A DNA stretch of 64,000 bases from Candidatus Hydrogenedentota bacterium (GCA_963674865.2 CAXXYE010000009.1:1504001-1568000); one strand, 5' to 3'; shown: positions 1 to 9,811, numbered from the stretch's first letter. Numbers and translations are program-made. The notes: a model not told the origin generated them from the sequence alone.

Positions 1-1520
1 TAGGCCGGGGTGGGAGTGACGACCTCGGCGACGCCGTCGCGATACGTGACAATGGGCTCAAGAGAGCCGTCCATCCAGGACCAGTAGCCGTTCTTCTCGC
101 GGCCGTTAGCTTGCAGTTGTGTGCCCATCCAGCGCACTGTGAAGTGGGAATCGTCCACCGGCGGCGTTTCCGGTTTGACGGCGAGATAGGCGCAATCCAG
201 CGGCACCACGAGCGGTTTGCCCTCGTAAATCACCCAAAGGCTCTCGAAACGCGGATTTTCGAGGTAATTCTGCACCATCCAGTCCAGTTCCTCGTTGAGC
301 GCCTCCATCGTCGTCGGCGGGCCATTGCTCAATCCAGGCATGATGACCACCTTCGGCACGGGAAGTCCTTCCTCGCGCATCGCCGCATACGCTTCGAGCG
401 TCAGCGTCGTCGCGTGGATGATTTCGTTGGTGGATGGTGGCCGTTCATTCCAGTGCTGCTTTCCCCAGATGTGGTTCGACCAGTCCACGAAGATGAAGTT
501 GACGCCCGCGTCCATCAGCCACAAGGCATGCTGCCGTATCACATCGCGGTCGTACGAATCGTAGAAGCCGACAACGGGCACGGCTTGGGCCGTCTGCCAA
601 TAGGCGTTGTGTGGTGTAAACCAAGGCTCCCACTGGATGCCGATGAGGTGCTCCGGGTCCTCGTGTACCGTGAAGGCGCGGCGCTCCACCTGTACCTTGA
701 GCGCATTCGAGAGAACGGCGCCATTGGGGACAGGGCGTCCTACGAAATACTGGCTGCGGGGCACTATCCCGGGCCAGTGCTGCATCGCGCTCGACCACGG
801 ATTGAATCCGTCCAGGCGGCCCAACACGTGGACGGGCCCTTCGCCCGAGGGCTCACCAGAGTACGCCCACGAGGCATCCGTCGCGATTATCCGATGCTCA
901 CGGCCCGCATCGAACGTGAGCTCGGCCGCCAAGCCCGCCGGCCCGCTGGCATTCTCGGCCTCCACGCACAACACATTCTCCCCGCGAACGATGAACGCGT
1001 CCAAGTCCTCGAAGACGTGTTCGCTCTTCCAGCCCGCCGCCTCGCCGACGGGATGGCCGTTGAGCGTGACACGGCAGGAATCATCCACGGCGATGCGTAG
1101 GGAGGCGTGTTTGGCACTGTGCGTCACCTTGAAGGTTTTGCACAGGCGCACGGTTTGAGCATCCTGAACCTGCGGCGCCCAAATCCAATGCGTGCTTCCC
1201 ACACTGGGGAGCGCCTGCACCTGGATCTCCGCTGGGCCGGGATTGGGCAGTGGCAGAAGCAGGCGCACGCGTCCTGACGCGTCCGTGATTTCGTGGGCGC
1301 CCCACCGCCGCCCGTTCACGTAAGGCAGGATGCGGCATCCCGTGGCAGGCTTCCGCCCGTCCGCTCGCGCGACCACCTCCACCGCCACCGTGCCGCCCAT
1401 AGGCACGGCGTGTTTATCCGCCTTGACGCGCACGTCCAACGCGCTTGCGCCCGACGAGGCCAGCAAGATTCCTGCTCCCAATACGGCCACCAATGCCCCC
1501 AGAACCAGCCCATCCGACAT
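1..1520 (-). CDS. Secreted glycoside hydrolase, GH99/GH71-like (3' end runs off the window)
   Basis: Not in the ORF track because its stop lies outside the window. Manual translation from ATG at 1520 (AAGGAG upstream) gives a signal peptide (MSDGLVLGALVAVLGAGILLASSGASA), a lectin-like AVDD..LNG domain, then GIQWEPWF...VGFYDSYDRDVIRQHALWLMDAGVNFIFVDW, typical of GH99/GH71-like barrels. Confidence 0.7.
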   Translation of the reverse strand, partial: MSDGLVLGALVAVLGAGILLASSGASALDVRVKADKHAVPMGGTVAVEVVARADGRKPATGCRILPYVNGRRWGAHEITDASGRVRLLLPLPNPGPAEIQVQALPSVGSTHWIWAPQVQDAQTVRLCKTFKVTHSAKHASLRIAVDDSCRVTLNGHPVGEAAGWKSEHVFEDLDAFIVRGENVLCVEAENASGPAGLAAELTFDAGREHRIIATDASWAYSGEPSGEGPVHVLGRLDGFNPWSSAMQHWPGIVPRSQYFVGRPVPNGAVLSNALKVQVERRAFTVHEDPEHLIGIQWEPWFTPHNAYWQTAQAVPVVGFYDSYDRDVIRQHALWLMDAGVNFIFVDWSNHIWGKQHWNERPPSTNEIIHATTLTLEAYAAMREEGLPVPKVVIMPGLSNGPPTTMEALNEELDWMVQNYLENPRFESLWVIYEGKPLVVPLDCAYLAVKPETPPVDDSHFTVRWMGTQLQANGREKNGYWSWMDGSLEPIVTYRDGVAEVVTPTPA

Positions 1521-1759
1521 TGTCCTCGCTCCTTCTCCGCGCCCTCGCGCCGCGCCACAGCCATCTCGCCCGAACGACAATAGCAATTCGAGGATGCGAG
1601 GGCAACGGCCGTAGCGATACTCTCACGGATGGGCCTGAACCTGGGAGGGCGGGATTTCGTGAGCAGCCCAGCATTTCCACCAGGAATCCACGTGTGGCAT
1701 TATGGGGCAGGGGATGTGTGGCGCCACAAGGCCGGTGCTGCAGCGATAGGAGGTGTTGA

Positions 1760-2083
1760 ATGAAGCGTTATGGGATGGTGCTGAAGGTGCGGCCGGAGAA
1801 GTTCGAGGAGTACAAGCGTTTGCACGCGGCCGTGTGGCCGGAGGTGTTGCAGATGATCCAGGCGTGCAATATCCGCAATTACTCGATTTACCACAAGGAT
1901 GGCTACCTTTTCAGCTATTTCGAGTACGTAGGAGAGGATTTCGACGCGGATATGGCGAAAATGGCCGCGGATCCCACGACGCAGCAGTGGTGGGAAGTGT
2001 GTAAGCCGTGCCAGGAGCCTCTGGCCACCCGCGCTGAGGGGGAATGGTGGGCCGACATGGAAGAGGTCTTTCATACAGACTGA
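1760..2083 (+). CDS. rhaM: L-rhamnose mutarotase
   Basis: 107 aa with EEYKRLHAAVWPEV, IRNYSIY and MEEVFH motifs; strong AGGAGG RBS. Confidence 0.9.
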   Translation: MKRYGMVLKVRPEKFEEYKRLHAAVWPEVLQMIQACNIRNYSIYHKDGYLFSYFEYVGEDFDADMAKMAADPTTQQWWEVCKPCQEPLATRAEGEWWADMEEVFHTD

Positions 2084-2142
2084 GTGCCCTGTGCTCCGTG
2101 GCCGGGACTCACACATGTGTCCATCCTTCCGGGAGGTGCCCG

Positions 2143-3312
2143 ATGACGCGAACGAGCAATTGCCTAGCGAAACTCGAGCGGATGTCCAAAACGCTGCGGC
2201 ACGAGGAGGCTGATCGCGTCCCCATCAGCGACTTTTTCTGGGGGAGTTTCCTGAAGCGCTGGCGGGAGGAGTTGGGCCTCGCCCCCGACACGGACATCTA
2301 CAGCTACTACGACCTGGACTGGATTGTGACGGTTCCTAATATGGATCCGCACATCAAGCCCTTTGAGATCCTGAAAGAAACGGCCAACGAGGTCGTCGTG
2401 AGGACAGGTTTCGAGGCGGTAATCCGAAAGCGCCTCGACCTGCCCATGCCGGAATTTGTCGGATTCGACACGGATAGCATCGAGAAGATGGCTTCGTTCA
2501 CGTTCGACGATCCGTGGGACGAGCGGCGCTATTTCAGCGGCGGCGACAACCAGATCGCCGGCGTCGGCGACGCGTTCGCACGCGACCTGCCCCCTTGGCT
2601 CGATGGCGTGAAGGCGCTCCACCCGAACTTCCCGGTGTACGGGAGCATCTGCGAAGGCCACGAGACTCTGTGGCGCATCATCGGCTCGCAGAATGTGCTC
2701 CTCTGGATCGCCATGTATCCCGAGGAGGTGGGACGGTTTGTCGCGCGGATCAATGAATTTGCCGTCGAGATGACGAAGGCGCAGATCGAGGCCGCGGGCG
2801 GCCTGCTCGACGGGATGGTGATCTGGGGCGATGTTGCCTACAAACGGGACATGCTGTTTGCGCCGGAGTACTGGCGGGCGCACTTCAAGCCGGGAGTGAA
2901 GGCCATCGTCGATGTCTGCCATGACAAGGATTTGCCTGTCATCTATCACGGCTGCGGGAATGTTAAGCGGATCTTTGAAGACTACATCGAGATTGGCGTG
3001 GACGCGTATAACCCGCTCGAAGCAAAGGCCGGACTCGACGTGGTGGACCTCCGGCGCACGTACGGCCACCGGATGGCTTTCTGCGGCAATATGGACGTTA
3101 CGGTGTGGGCTACGGCCGACAAGGCGGCGCTGGAGCGGACGGTTCTGAGGAAGCTGAACGCCGCCAAAGGCGGAGGTTACATTTTCCAGTCCGATCACTC
3201 CGTAGCCGCCAATATCCCCGGCGAGAGCTACGATTATGTTGTCCGGCTCGTGCGAGAACGCGGGGCATATCCGCTGGATTTGGGGGAGTTCGACCTCCCG
3301 GATGTGGGGTGA
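2143..3312 (+). CDS. Uroporphyrinogen decarboxylase / MtaA-CmuA-like family protein
   Basis: EEADRVP N-terminus, WGDVAY, YHGCG, CGNMD and GGYIFQSDHS motifs. Start placed at the ATG after GGAGG. Confidence 0.8.
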   Translation: MTRTSNCLAKLERMSKTLRHEEADRVPISDFFWGSFLKRWREELGLAPDTDIYSYYDLDWIVTVPNMDPHIKPFEILKETANEVVVRTGFEAVIRKRLDLPMPEFVGFDTDSIEKMASFTFDDPWDERRYFSGGDNQIAGVGDAFARDLPPWLDGVKALHPNFPVYGSICEGHETLWRIIGSQNVLLWIAMYPEEVGRFVARINEFAVEMTKAQIEAAGGLLDGMVIWGDVAYKRDMLFAPEYWRAHFKPGVKAIVDVCHDKDLPVIYHGCGNVKRIFEDYIEIGVDAYNPLEAKAGLDVVDLRRTYGHRMAFCGNMDVTVWATADKAALERTVLRKLNAAKGGGYIFQSDHSVAANIPGESYDYVVRLVRERGAYPLDLGEFDLPDVG

Positions 3313-3319
3313 TAGCGCC

Positions 3320-5314
3320 ATGACAAAGTCTCGATTCGCCGTGTTTGCTTTCTTGGCGGTTTGCGCTCTCAGTGCGGATGCGCTGGCTGGGCCGGACGAG
3401 CCTTGCCGCGTCGGCGTGCAATTGCACTTGTCCTCCGGCCCCTCATCGGAGAAGGCCTACCTCCGCCATTGCCGGGCCTTCGTGGAGGAGGGGATGCGCG
3501 CCCGGTACACAACGCTTGTGGCGTCCGGGCTCAAGCCCGCCGAGCGTGATGAGGTCCTTGCGTATCTGGCCGAACACGACGTGCACTTTCTTGCGCAGGA
3601 GACATTTCCCTATGACGAAAGCGAGCGGCGTAGCGAGTCCGAACGCGTCCGCAGATATGCGCCCGCGGACTACGCGCGAATGCGCGCCATCGCCGGCGAT
3701 TGCTTCCTGGGAATCCAGTGGGGCGAACTGGACTCCACGGGCCTGCCTCCGGAGATGTACCTCCCCGAGCATCTGCTGAAACACGCGACGCGACGCCAGA
3801 TCAAGGATGCCTTTGTGGAGCGCGTCCGGCGGGCAGTCGAGCCCTTCCATGAACAGCAAGTCCCCGTGGGCCACAGCTCCGCGGTGCTCTGGCACAGCCT
3901 TTTCGCCGAGGCAGGCGTCGACGTGTTGTGCAGCGAGATTGGCGAGAATATACCGAACGTAAACATGATGATCGCCTCCAACCGGGGCGCGGCCCGCGCC
4001 TACGACAGGCCATGGATGATCGACCACTCGACGTGGTGGTCGCCCCGGGGCCATGCAGGCTCACAGGTGTCCCCGCGCGAAGGCCACACGCCGTGGTGTC
4101 TCTTCACGACGCTGTTGGGCGCGGTCATGGGCGGTGTGGACTACGTTCAGCTCGAAGTGGACTGGGCCGCCTATACGAGGGATTATCGCCCCCTGCCGTG
4201 GGGCCTGGCCATGAACAACCTCGCTGCGTTGAGCCGCATCATTGGCCCACGCGGCAACACCGCCACGCCTTTCGCGATCCTGATGGGCCATGAGAGCGGC
4301 TGGCCGGGGGTGGGCTGGCGCGTGGGCGATGTGCGCGGCGCGGGGCTGTTCGACGGGATGCGGCATCAGTTCATGCAGACGCGCGACGCCGACCTGAGCC
4401 TGAAAGTCCTCGACATATTCTATCCCGGCTTCGAGCGCTGCGCGTGGGATCCCGAGTATCCGGGCTTCCTTGCGGAAAGCCCCTTGGGAACGCTCGATAT
4501 CGTGCCTGATAATCTGTCTCCGGAGAAGTATGCGCGGTACGGCGTCCTCGTCGCGTTAGGCTACCACCGCACCACGGCCCCCTCCCTCGACGCGCTGCGT
4601 CAGTACGTCGAGGCCGGCGGTATCCTCGTGTGCAGCGACACGCTCTTCCTCGACGAGTCGGAGCGGCTCGTCAAGCCGTGCCACGCCGAGCCGCTCATCG
4701 GCTGCGAATACGACCGGCGCGAGCGGAAGCTCATCCACCTGTACCAGCCCGAAGGCATCCTGGACGAGATCGAAGGTTTGGCCAAGGCCGGTAGCCGCGT
4801 CGAGTGGCAGGACCACTGGCTCCATCCCGTCCGATTGACAACCGGCCGCGTGGTCGGGCGACTCGACGACGCGCCCTACCTCATCGAGAACCGGCTCGGG
4901 AAGGGCCGTGTTTTCTTCGTCACCGCGCTCAACATGGTGGGAAGCAGCGCGGAAAGGCGCGGCCAAGAGCCGTTTCTCTACGCCAACATTCTCTACCACT
5001 TCCTCCACACACTCGAAGACCACGTGGGAGACGGTGTTTCATTCTCGCCGTGGACGAGCCTGGAGCACATCTTCAACGAAAAGCCTGATGGCTCCGCCAT
5101 GCTGCTTGTGATGAATCATGGGGACATGCACTACCGGCGCGACGCGGAAATGAGGAATGGCCACGGCTTCACGTCGGGCCGCGTGCTGGCCCAAGGCGAC
5201 TGGCAAGCATTTCACGAGGGCGACTCCATCGAATTCACCGACACCGGCGACACCCTTGCCTGGTCCTTCGACCTCCCCCCGAAAAGCTTCGCGCTCTTTG
5301 AGTTCCGGAAATAG
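3320..5314 (+). CDS. Secreted hypothetical glycoside-hydrolase-like protein with a C-terminal GH42-trimerisation/GATase-like domain
   Basis: Signal peptide MTKSRFAVFAFLAVCALSADA; LRQYVEAGGILV and ENRLGKGRVFF motifs. Confidence 0.55.
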   Translation: MTKSRFAVFAFLAVCALSADALAGPDEPCRVGVQLHLSSGPSSEKAYLRHCRAFVEEGMRARYTTLVASGLKPAERDEVLAYLAEHDVHFLAQETFPYDESERRSESERVRRYAPADYARMRAIAGDCFLGIQWGELDSTGLPPEMYLPEHLLKHATRRQIKDAFVERVRRAVEPFHEQQVPVGHSSAVLWHSLFAEAGVDVLCSEIGENIPNVNMMIASNRGAARAYDRPWMIDHSTWWSPRGHAGSQVSPREGHTPWCLFTTLLGAVMGGVDYVQLEVDWAAYTRDYRPLPWGLAMNNLAALSRIIGPRGNTATPFAILMGHESGWPGVGWRVGDVRGAGLFDGMRHQFMQTRDADLSLKVLDIFYPGFERCAWDPEYPGFLAESPLGTLDIVPDNLSPEKYARYGVLVALGYHRTTAPSLDALRQYVEAGGILVCSDTLFLDESERLVKPCHAEPLIGCEYDRRERKLIHLYQPEGILDEIEGLAKAGSRVEWQDHWLHPVRLTTGRVVGRLDDAPYLIENRLGKGRVFFVTALNMVGSSAERRGQEPFLYANILYHFLHTLEDHVGDGVSFSPWTSLEHIFNEKPDGSAMLLVMNHGDMHYRRDAEMRNGHGFTSGRVLAQGDWQAFHEGDSIEFTDTGDTLAWSFDLPPKSFALFEFRK

Positions 5315-5347
5315 CCTTGCCGAATTGGCAAGGCAGCGTACGCACGC

Positions 5348-6760
5348 CTATTGCACGGCCTCGGGCCCGTAGCCTTCGGGGCGAACGAGGAGCTTCTCGC
5401 CATCGCTGAAGCCGTCCCCGCGTTTCCCGAGGAGCTCGACGAGACGGTTGCGCCAGAGGGCGACGCGGCCGGCGTGTTCCGGCTTCTTGGACAGTTCGTG
5501 CAATTCCTGCCGATCCTGCGCTAGATCGAAGAATTGCTCCTCGCCGGTGACGGGGAAGTAGATGTACTTCTCGCGGCCGTCGGTGAGGTATTGCATGGCA
5601 GGTTCCTTGGCGTAGCAGGGGGAGTGCTCGCCGTGGAGGAACTCGCGCCATGGCTCATTCCGCGCGGCGGTGAACACGCTGCGGCCCGTGACGGAATCCG
5701 GGATCGGTAGGCCGGCGGCTTCGAGGATTGTCGGCGCCACATCTTGCAGGCCGACGACGTGGTCGAAGGTTCCCGAGGGCAGGTCCAGGCCCTCCGGATA
5801 ACGCACGACGAAGGGGACGCGGGCGCTGCCCTCGTAAGCGTAGGTCTTGCGGTGCAGGTAGTGGTCGCTCATCATGTCGCCGTGATCGCTCGTGAAGATG
5901 ATCAGCGTGTTGTCCAGGTTCGAGCCCGGCACGTAGCGGCGGATGTCCTCGAGCAGGCGGCCCAACTCGTAGTCCAGGTGAGTGCATGAACCCAGATAGC
6001 CGATCCGTTGCCGACGGTTAGCCTCTTCGGTAAGGCGTCCGCGCCAGGCGCACCGATCCGGGTGGACGTGTCCCACGTCGTGGATGGACGCCCAATCGCC
6101 GATGGAGATCTCGCCGAGAACGCGATGGGCGTACATATCCCAGAAGAACTTCGGCGGATCGTACGGAGAATGAGGCCGGAGGTGGCTTATCCAGAGGAAC
6201 CAGGGCCGCGTAGGATCGCGCCGCTTGAGTAGGGCGAGGGCGGTATCGGTGGTCCAGACGGTTGAATGAAGCCGCTCCTCCAGGTGCCAGGGGCGGGCGA
6301 GCCACCCGTTGGCGTCGCAGCCATGGCCGCGTTCGCTGGCCTCGGGGCCGACCTCGCCCCGTACCCAGTCCATGTAGTCGTCGACCCCTTCGCGCAGGTC
6401 GTGCGGGGCGACCACGTGAAACCCGTAGAGCTTCCGCGCCGGATGCATATTGCGGAAGCCGACGTTCATGCAGTGGTAACCGGCGTTCGCGAGCATCGTC
6501 GCCACGCTGTGCCGCTCGTCCCATTCGGCTCCTTTGTAGCCTATCAGGCCGCAGGTATAGCTTCCCTGGCCGCGGAGCAGACAGCGGCGGGCGCCCGTGG
6601 TCGACGGAATTTCGGAGTAGGCATTGGGGAAATAGGCGCCGTGGTTCAGAAAACCCGCGACGTTTGGCGTCTCGGCCAGTGGATGCCCGGCGAGTTCGAT
6701 GTGGTCGCCGCGCTGCTGGTCGGTGGTGAAGAGCAGGACATTCGGTTGTCGCGTGGACAT
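5348..6760 (-). CDS. Sulfatase-like hydrolase (alkaline phosphatase superfamily) with a non-canonical nucleophile motif
   Basis: PNVLLFTTDQQR, TPN, PHSPYDPP, NTLIIFTSDHGDM and YEGSARVPF motifs. The signature reads PSTTGAR instead of (C/S)xPxR. Confidence 0.85.
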   Translation of the reverse strand: MSTRQPNVLLFTTDQQRGDHIELAGHPLAETPNVAGFLNHGAYFPNAYSEIPSTTGARRCLLRGQGSYTCGLIGYKGAEWDERHSVATMLANAGYHCMNVGFRNMHPARKLYGFHVVAPHDLREGVDDYMDWVRGEVGPEASERGHGCDANGWLARPWHLEERLHSTVWTTDTALALLKRRDPTRPWFLWISHLRPHSPYDPPKFFWDMYAHRVLGEISIGDWASIHDVGHVHPDRCAWRGRLTEEANRRQRIGYLGSCTHLDYELGRLLEDIRRYVPGSNLDNTLIIFTSDHGDMMSDHYLHRKTYAYEGSARVPFVVRYPEGLDLPSGTFDHVVGLQDVAPTILEAAGLPIPDSVTGRSVFTAARNEPWREFLHGEHSPCYAKEPAMQYLTDGREKYIYFPVTGEEQFFDLAQDRQELHELSKKPEHAGRVALWRNRLVELLGKRGDGFSDGEKLLVRPEGYGPEAVQ

Positions 6761-6808
6761 GGCGCAATCCTCCAGGGATCTACGTAGACGCAGTTACGGA
6801 CGCGCAGC

Positions 6809-8374
6809 CTATAGAAACGCGGGCCAAATCCGCTTGTGGTAGTCCAATCCTTCCGGCCACTTCGATACTTCCTTGATGACGCGGTCGGGGACTACCCACT
6901 CGCGGGTCTTGACGTTGACGATGACTCCGTCACGCGTCTCCGGCCAGAGAACCCAACGGCAGGCGCCCGGCGCACCGGGAATCAGCGTGATCGCCTCGAA
7001 AAGGCTGGGCTCAGTGCGCCACTCGATGTACTTCCACTGGTGCGAATCGAACGCTCCCCGCACCTCGTCAAGGCTTTGGCCGACGTGGAGTTGTGCCGCA
7101 AAACTCCTGGCGTCGTCTTCGCACGCCGCGAGCTGCTGTATCGCCTCAAGTTCGGGCGGAGAAACCGGAGGAGTGCCCTCCCCGTAAAGCCATTCCCGCC
7201 GTGTCACTTTCGCGACTTTGCCCTCGGACTCTTCGATCCAGAGATCCCAGTAGTATGTCCCGCCTTCGGAGGGAATGGTGGTAATGATCTGGGCTGGCGC
7301 GAGCACGGTACGCCACTCAATGTGCGGGAAGCCCTGTGCTTCGAACTGCTCCTGGATGCTCTTCAATAGCTGCCCCGCGCAGATCCTGCCCTCGAAATCC
7401 CGGACTTGCATCTCCAATGCGGCCAATTCTTCCATGGCCTGCCGATCCTCCCCAGAGGCATCCTCGGGGATGGTTCCGTGGCGCCAAGGGCTTCGGCTGA
7501 CGCCGGTTATCACACCGGCGCGAGTTTCGAGCCAAAGGTCCCAGTGGTCGGCGCCTTTTTGCTCGAGGCTCGTTGTGATGTGGCAGCAGGGGCGCTCTTC
7601 AGAGCGCCAACGGAGGCGTTCCCGTTGCTCTGCATCGAGGATGCGGCGGACTTCCGCGAAATCCATACCCTCCTTGATTTCCTTGGCAAACTCGCCGAGT
7701 TCCTTGAGTGTATCGGCTTCCGCGGGCGTCATGATGGGCTTGAGCACGCCGTGCTGCCAACATGTACGCCTGAGCTTCACAATCTTGCCGCCCTGTTCTT
7801 CTACCCACATGTGCCAATGATCGGCGCCCGGCGTCGTGAGCGTCGATGTGATCACGTAGTATTTTCGCTCTCTTGTGCGCCATTCGAGGTTGTTCCATGT
7901 CTGTCCGGCAAAAATGGCTCTCGCCTGGTCGATGGACTGGCCCGGCTGGATCTCGTTCTCGAGACGCGCGATCTCCTCCATGACGGGAGCGCTGAGGGCT
8001 GGGTCGCCCACCTGGATGTTGCGGTGCTTCCACTGGCGCACACGCGTGCTTGCCACCTTGCCGTCCCGCTCCTCGATCCATAGCACCCAGTTGTAAGCCC
8101 CTGCCTTGGGCGGGGTCTTCACGGCGTGGTAGGGCCACCACTCGCTTTGCCATGAGAGAAAGCGATAGGGCTGTTCATCAAAGAGCGCGCGGACTTCCTC
8201 TATAGGGCGTTCAAGCTCAACCTGCCGCTCGAAGTCCACCAGCTCCTTCTGGGCTTCTTCCTCGAACCAGGGCTGGAGCCAGACAGCGACCCAGCAGAGT
8301 CCCAGGATGAGCACGAGTGCGAGGAGCATTCCTCCCAGCCATTGTGCGCCTTGTTTCCATGTGTTCTTGGCCAT
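6809..8374 (-). CDS. Single-pass membrane-anchored protein with five ~90-100 aa internal repeats
   Basis: N-terminal TM helix, followed by five units of the form G(Q/M)xxxE(V/A)R..(L/I)xWR..WxxWxE..G.(V/I)..R.W. Confidence 0.75.
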   Translation of the reverse strand: MAKNTWKQGAQWLGGMLLALVLILGLCWVAVWLQPWFEEEAQKELVDFERQVELERPIEEVRALFDEQPYRFLSWQSEWWPYHAVKTPPKAGAYNWVLWIEERDGKVASTRVRQWKHRNIQVGDPALSAPVMEEIARLENEIQPGQSIDQARAIFAGQTWNNLEWRTRERKYYVITSTLTTPGADHWHMWVEEQGGKIVKLRRTCWQHGVLKPIMTPAEADTLKELGEFAKEIKEGMDFAEVRRILDAEQRERLRWRSEERPCCHITTSLEQKGADHWDLWLETRAGVITGVSRSPWRHGTIPEDASGEDRQAMEELAALEMQVRDFEGRICAGQLLKSIQEQFEAQGFPHIEWRTVLAPAQIITTIPSEGGTYYWDLWIEESEGKVAKVTRREWLYGEGTPPVSPPELEAIQQLAACEDDARSFAAQLHVGQSLDEVRGAFDSHQWKYIEWRTEPSLFEAITLIPGAPGACRWVLWPETRDGVIVNVKTREWVVPDRVIKEVSKWPEGLDYHKRIWPAFL

Positions 8375-8431
8375 TACCTTGTCGTTCCTTCGTGTAACGC
8401 GGGCATAGTCTGCGTTCCCAACGTAGTCTGT

Positions 8432-9811
8432 TTAGTCCATATGCCCCGCCAGGGGGAAGCGGTCATTGGAGCCATCGCTAGGTTTAGAGCGCGTCCCGTC
8501 CGAGCGCAGCTTGCCGTACCGGCCCGCGAGCCGATCAATAGGCGCATTGGCGGCGATCATGAAGGCGAAAATCAGCACCGATGCCAGTACGGCTTTCACG
8601 ACGTGCGGACTGTCCGACGCCCACTCCGGCTCGACCACCGGGCGTGGCCTCGGGAATAGCATGAAGACGATCATGAGCAGGTAGATCACGCAGAACGCGG
8701 CCTGCACCTGGAATCCTGCCTCGCCGATGCCGATCAGGGGCCAGACGGAGCGAATGTTGCTGGTGAGCAGTAGGATCAATGCGAAGATCAAGATGGGGAA
8801 TCGGAAACCCTTGACCTTGTTTCGCACGTGCAAGACGAGCCAGATTAGAGCCCCCACCACGGCCACTATCTGCAGCCCGAGCATGGCGTTTTGGAGCGTG
8901 TCGATGAGCGCGCCCCGATCGGCCACGAGCAAGTCCTTCTTATTGACCACCTTCTCGATGGTGTCCTTACGAGGCATCCGCTGAATCCAGTGGAGTACCG
9001 GAATGCCCACCATGACGAAAAAGAGCCCGACGTAACTGGCACCCGCCGCCCACGGCGGCAGTTCATCGTATTGCACCTCCTTGCCAAGCAAGGCATAGCT
9101 GAGGATGAAGCCGCCGATCATGCCGCAGCCGATTTCCATGACCTTCCAATTATCCTGGATGAAAGGAACCATATAGCTGGCGTTGCCCAGTAGCCGCGAC
9201 AAGGTCATGCTCAGTCCGAATCCGACGGCGCCCCATAGCGCTCCCTTCAGCCCGAACCATTTCCCCCTCTTGTGTAGCCAGACGAAGAGGCCGATCATGC
9301 CACCCACAAAGGCGACGGAGATATCCGAGCGCGGCGGGTTGATGTGGAATCCAAAGCAGCTTACGACCACGGCGAAGGTGATCAGGCCCCAAAGGATCGT
9401 GGCCCACACCGCGCCTGCCCATTCGCGGAGCTTGGTAGGCTTGCTCTCAAGGAGCAGTCCGATACCTGCGCCGCAAGGCCCGCCCCATACTGCGCCGCAT
9501 AAGAACAGGGTGAAATAGCCGTAGGTGTAATTGACGAAGGAGGGGGACTTGGCGTAACCGTGGAGCGTGCCGTAGCTCATCGTGCCCCCGAGGCTCATCG
9601 TCAGCGCCCCCACGAAGGCCAGCGCAGGCATGAGCCGGAACATCCTGTCCTGGCCTGAAACATAGGCGAAGGACATGGCGAGGAGCGCCCCTGGCACCAT
9701 CGCGCCGAGTTGGTGGCCGAAATTACCCCGGATCCCCCAGCCGAGGCCGACTGCCAGCGCTACGAACGCCGCGCGAACGGCCCGCTGCCGCCGGGTCATG
9801 AGATTCTCCAT
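8432..9811 (-). CDS. Polytopic membrane protein of unknown function
   Basis: More than 10 hydrophobic segments and glycine-rich GLGWGIRGNFGH..GAM.PG and GGTMSYG motifs. Start placed at MENLMTRR. Confidence 0.7.
   Translation of the reverse strand: MENLMTRRQRAVRAAFVALAVGLGWGIRGNFGHQLGAMVPGALLAMSFAYVSGQDRMFRLMPALAFVGALTMSLGGTMSYGTLHGYAKSPSFVNYTYGYFTLFLCGAVWGGPCGAGIGLLLESKPTKLREWAGAVWATILWGLITFAVVVSCFGFHINPPRSDISVAFVGGMIGLFVWLHKRGKWFGLKGALWGAVGFGLSMTLSRLLGNASYMVPFIQDNWKVMEIGCGMIGGFILSYALLGKEVQYDELPPWAAGASYVGLFFVMVGIPVLHWIQRMPRKDTIEKVVNKKDLLVADRGALIDTLQNAMLGLQIVAVVGALIWLVLHVRNKVKGFRFPILIFALILLLTSNIRSVWPLIGIGEAGFQVQAAFCVIYLLMIVFMLFPRPRPVVEPEWASDSPHVVKAVLASVLIFAFMIAANAPIDRLAGRYGKLRSDGTRSKPSDGSNDRFPLAGHMD

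Noticed and set aside
111..1100. 329-aa plus-strand ORF
   Set aside because: It is the antisense shadow of the minus-strand GH99-like gene, which has a signal peptide, RBS and family motifs.
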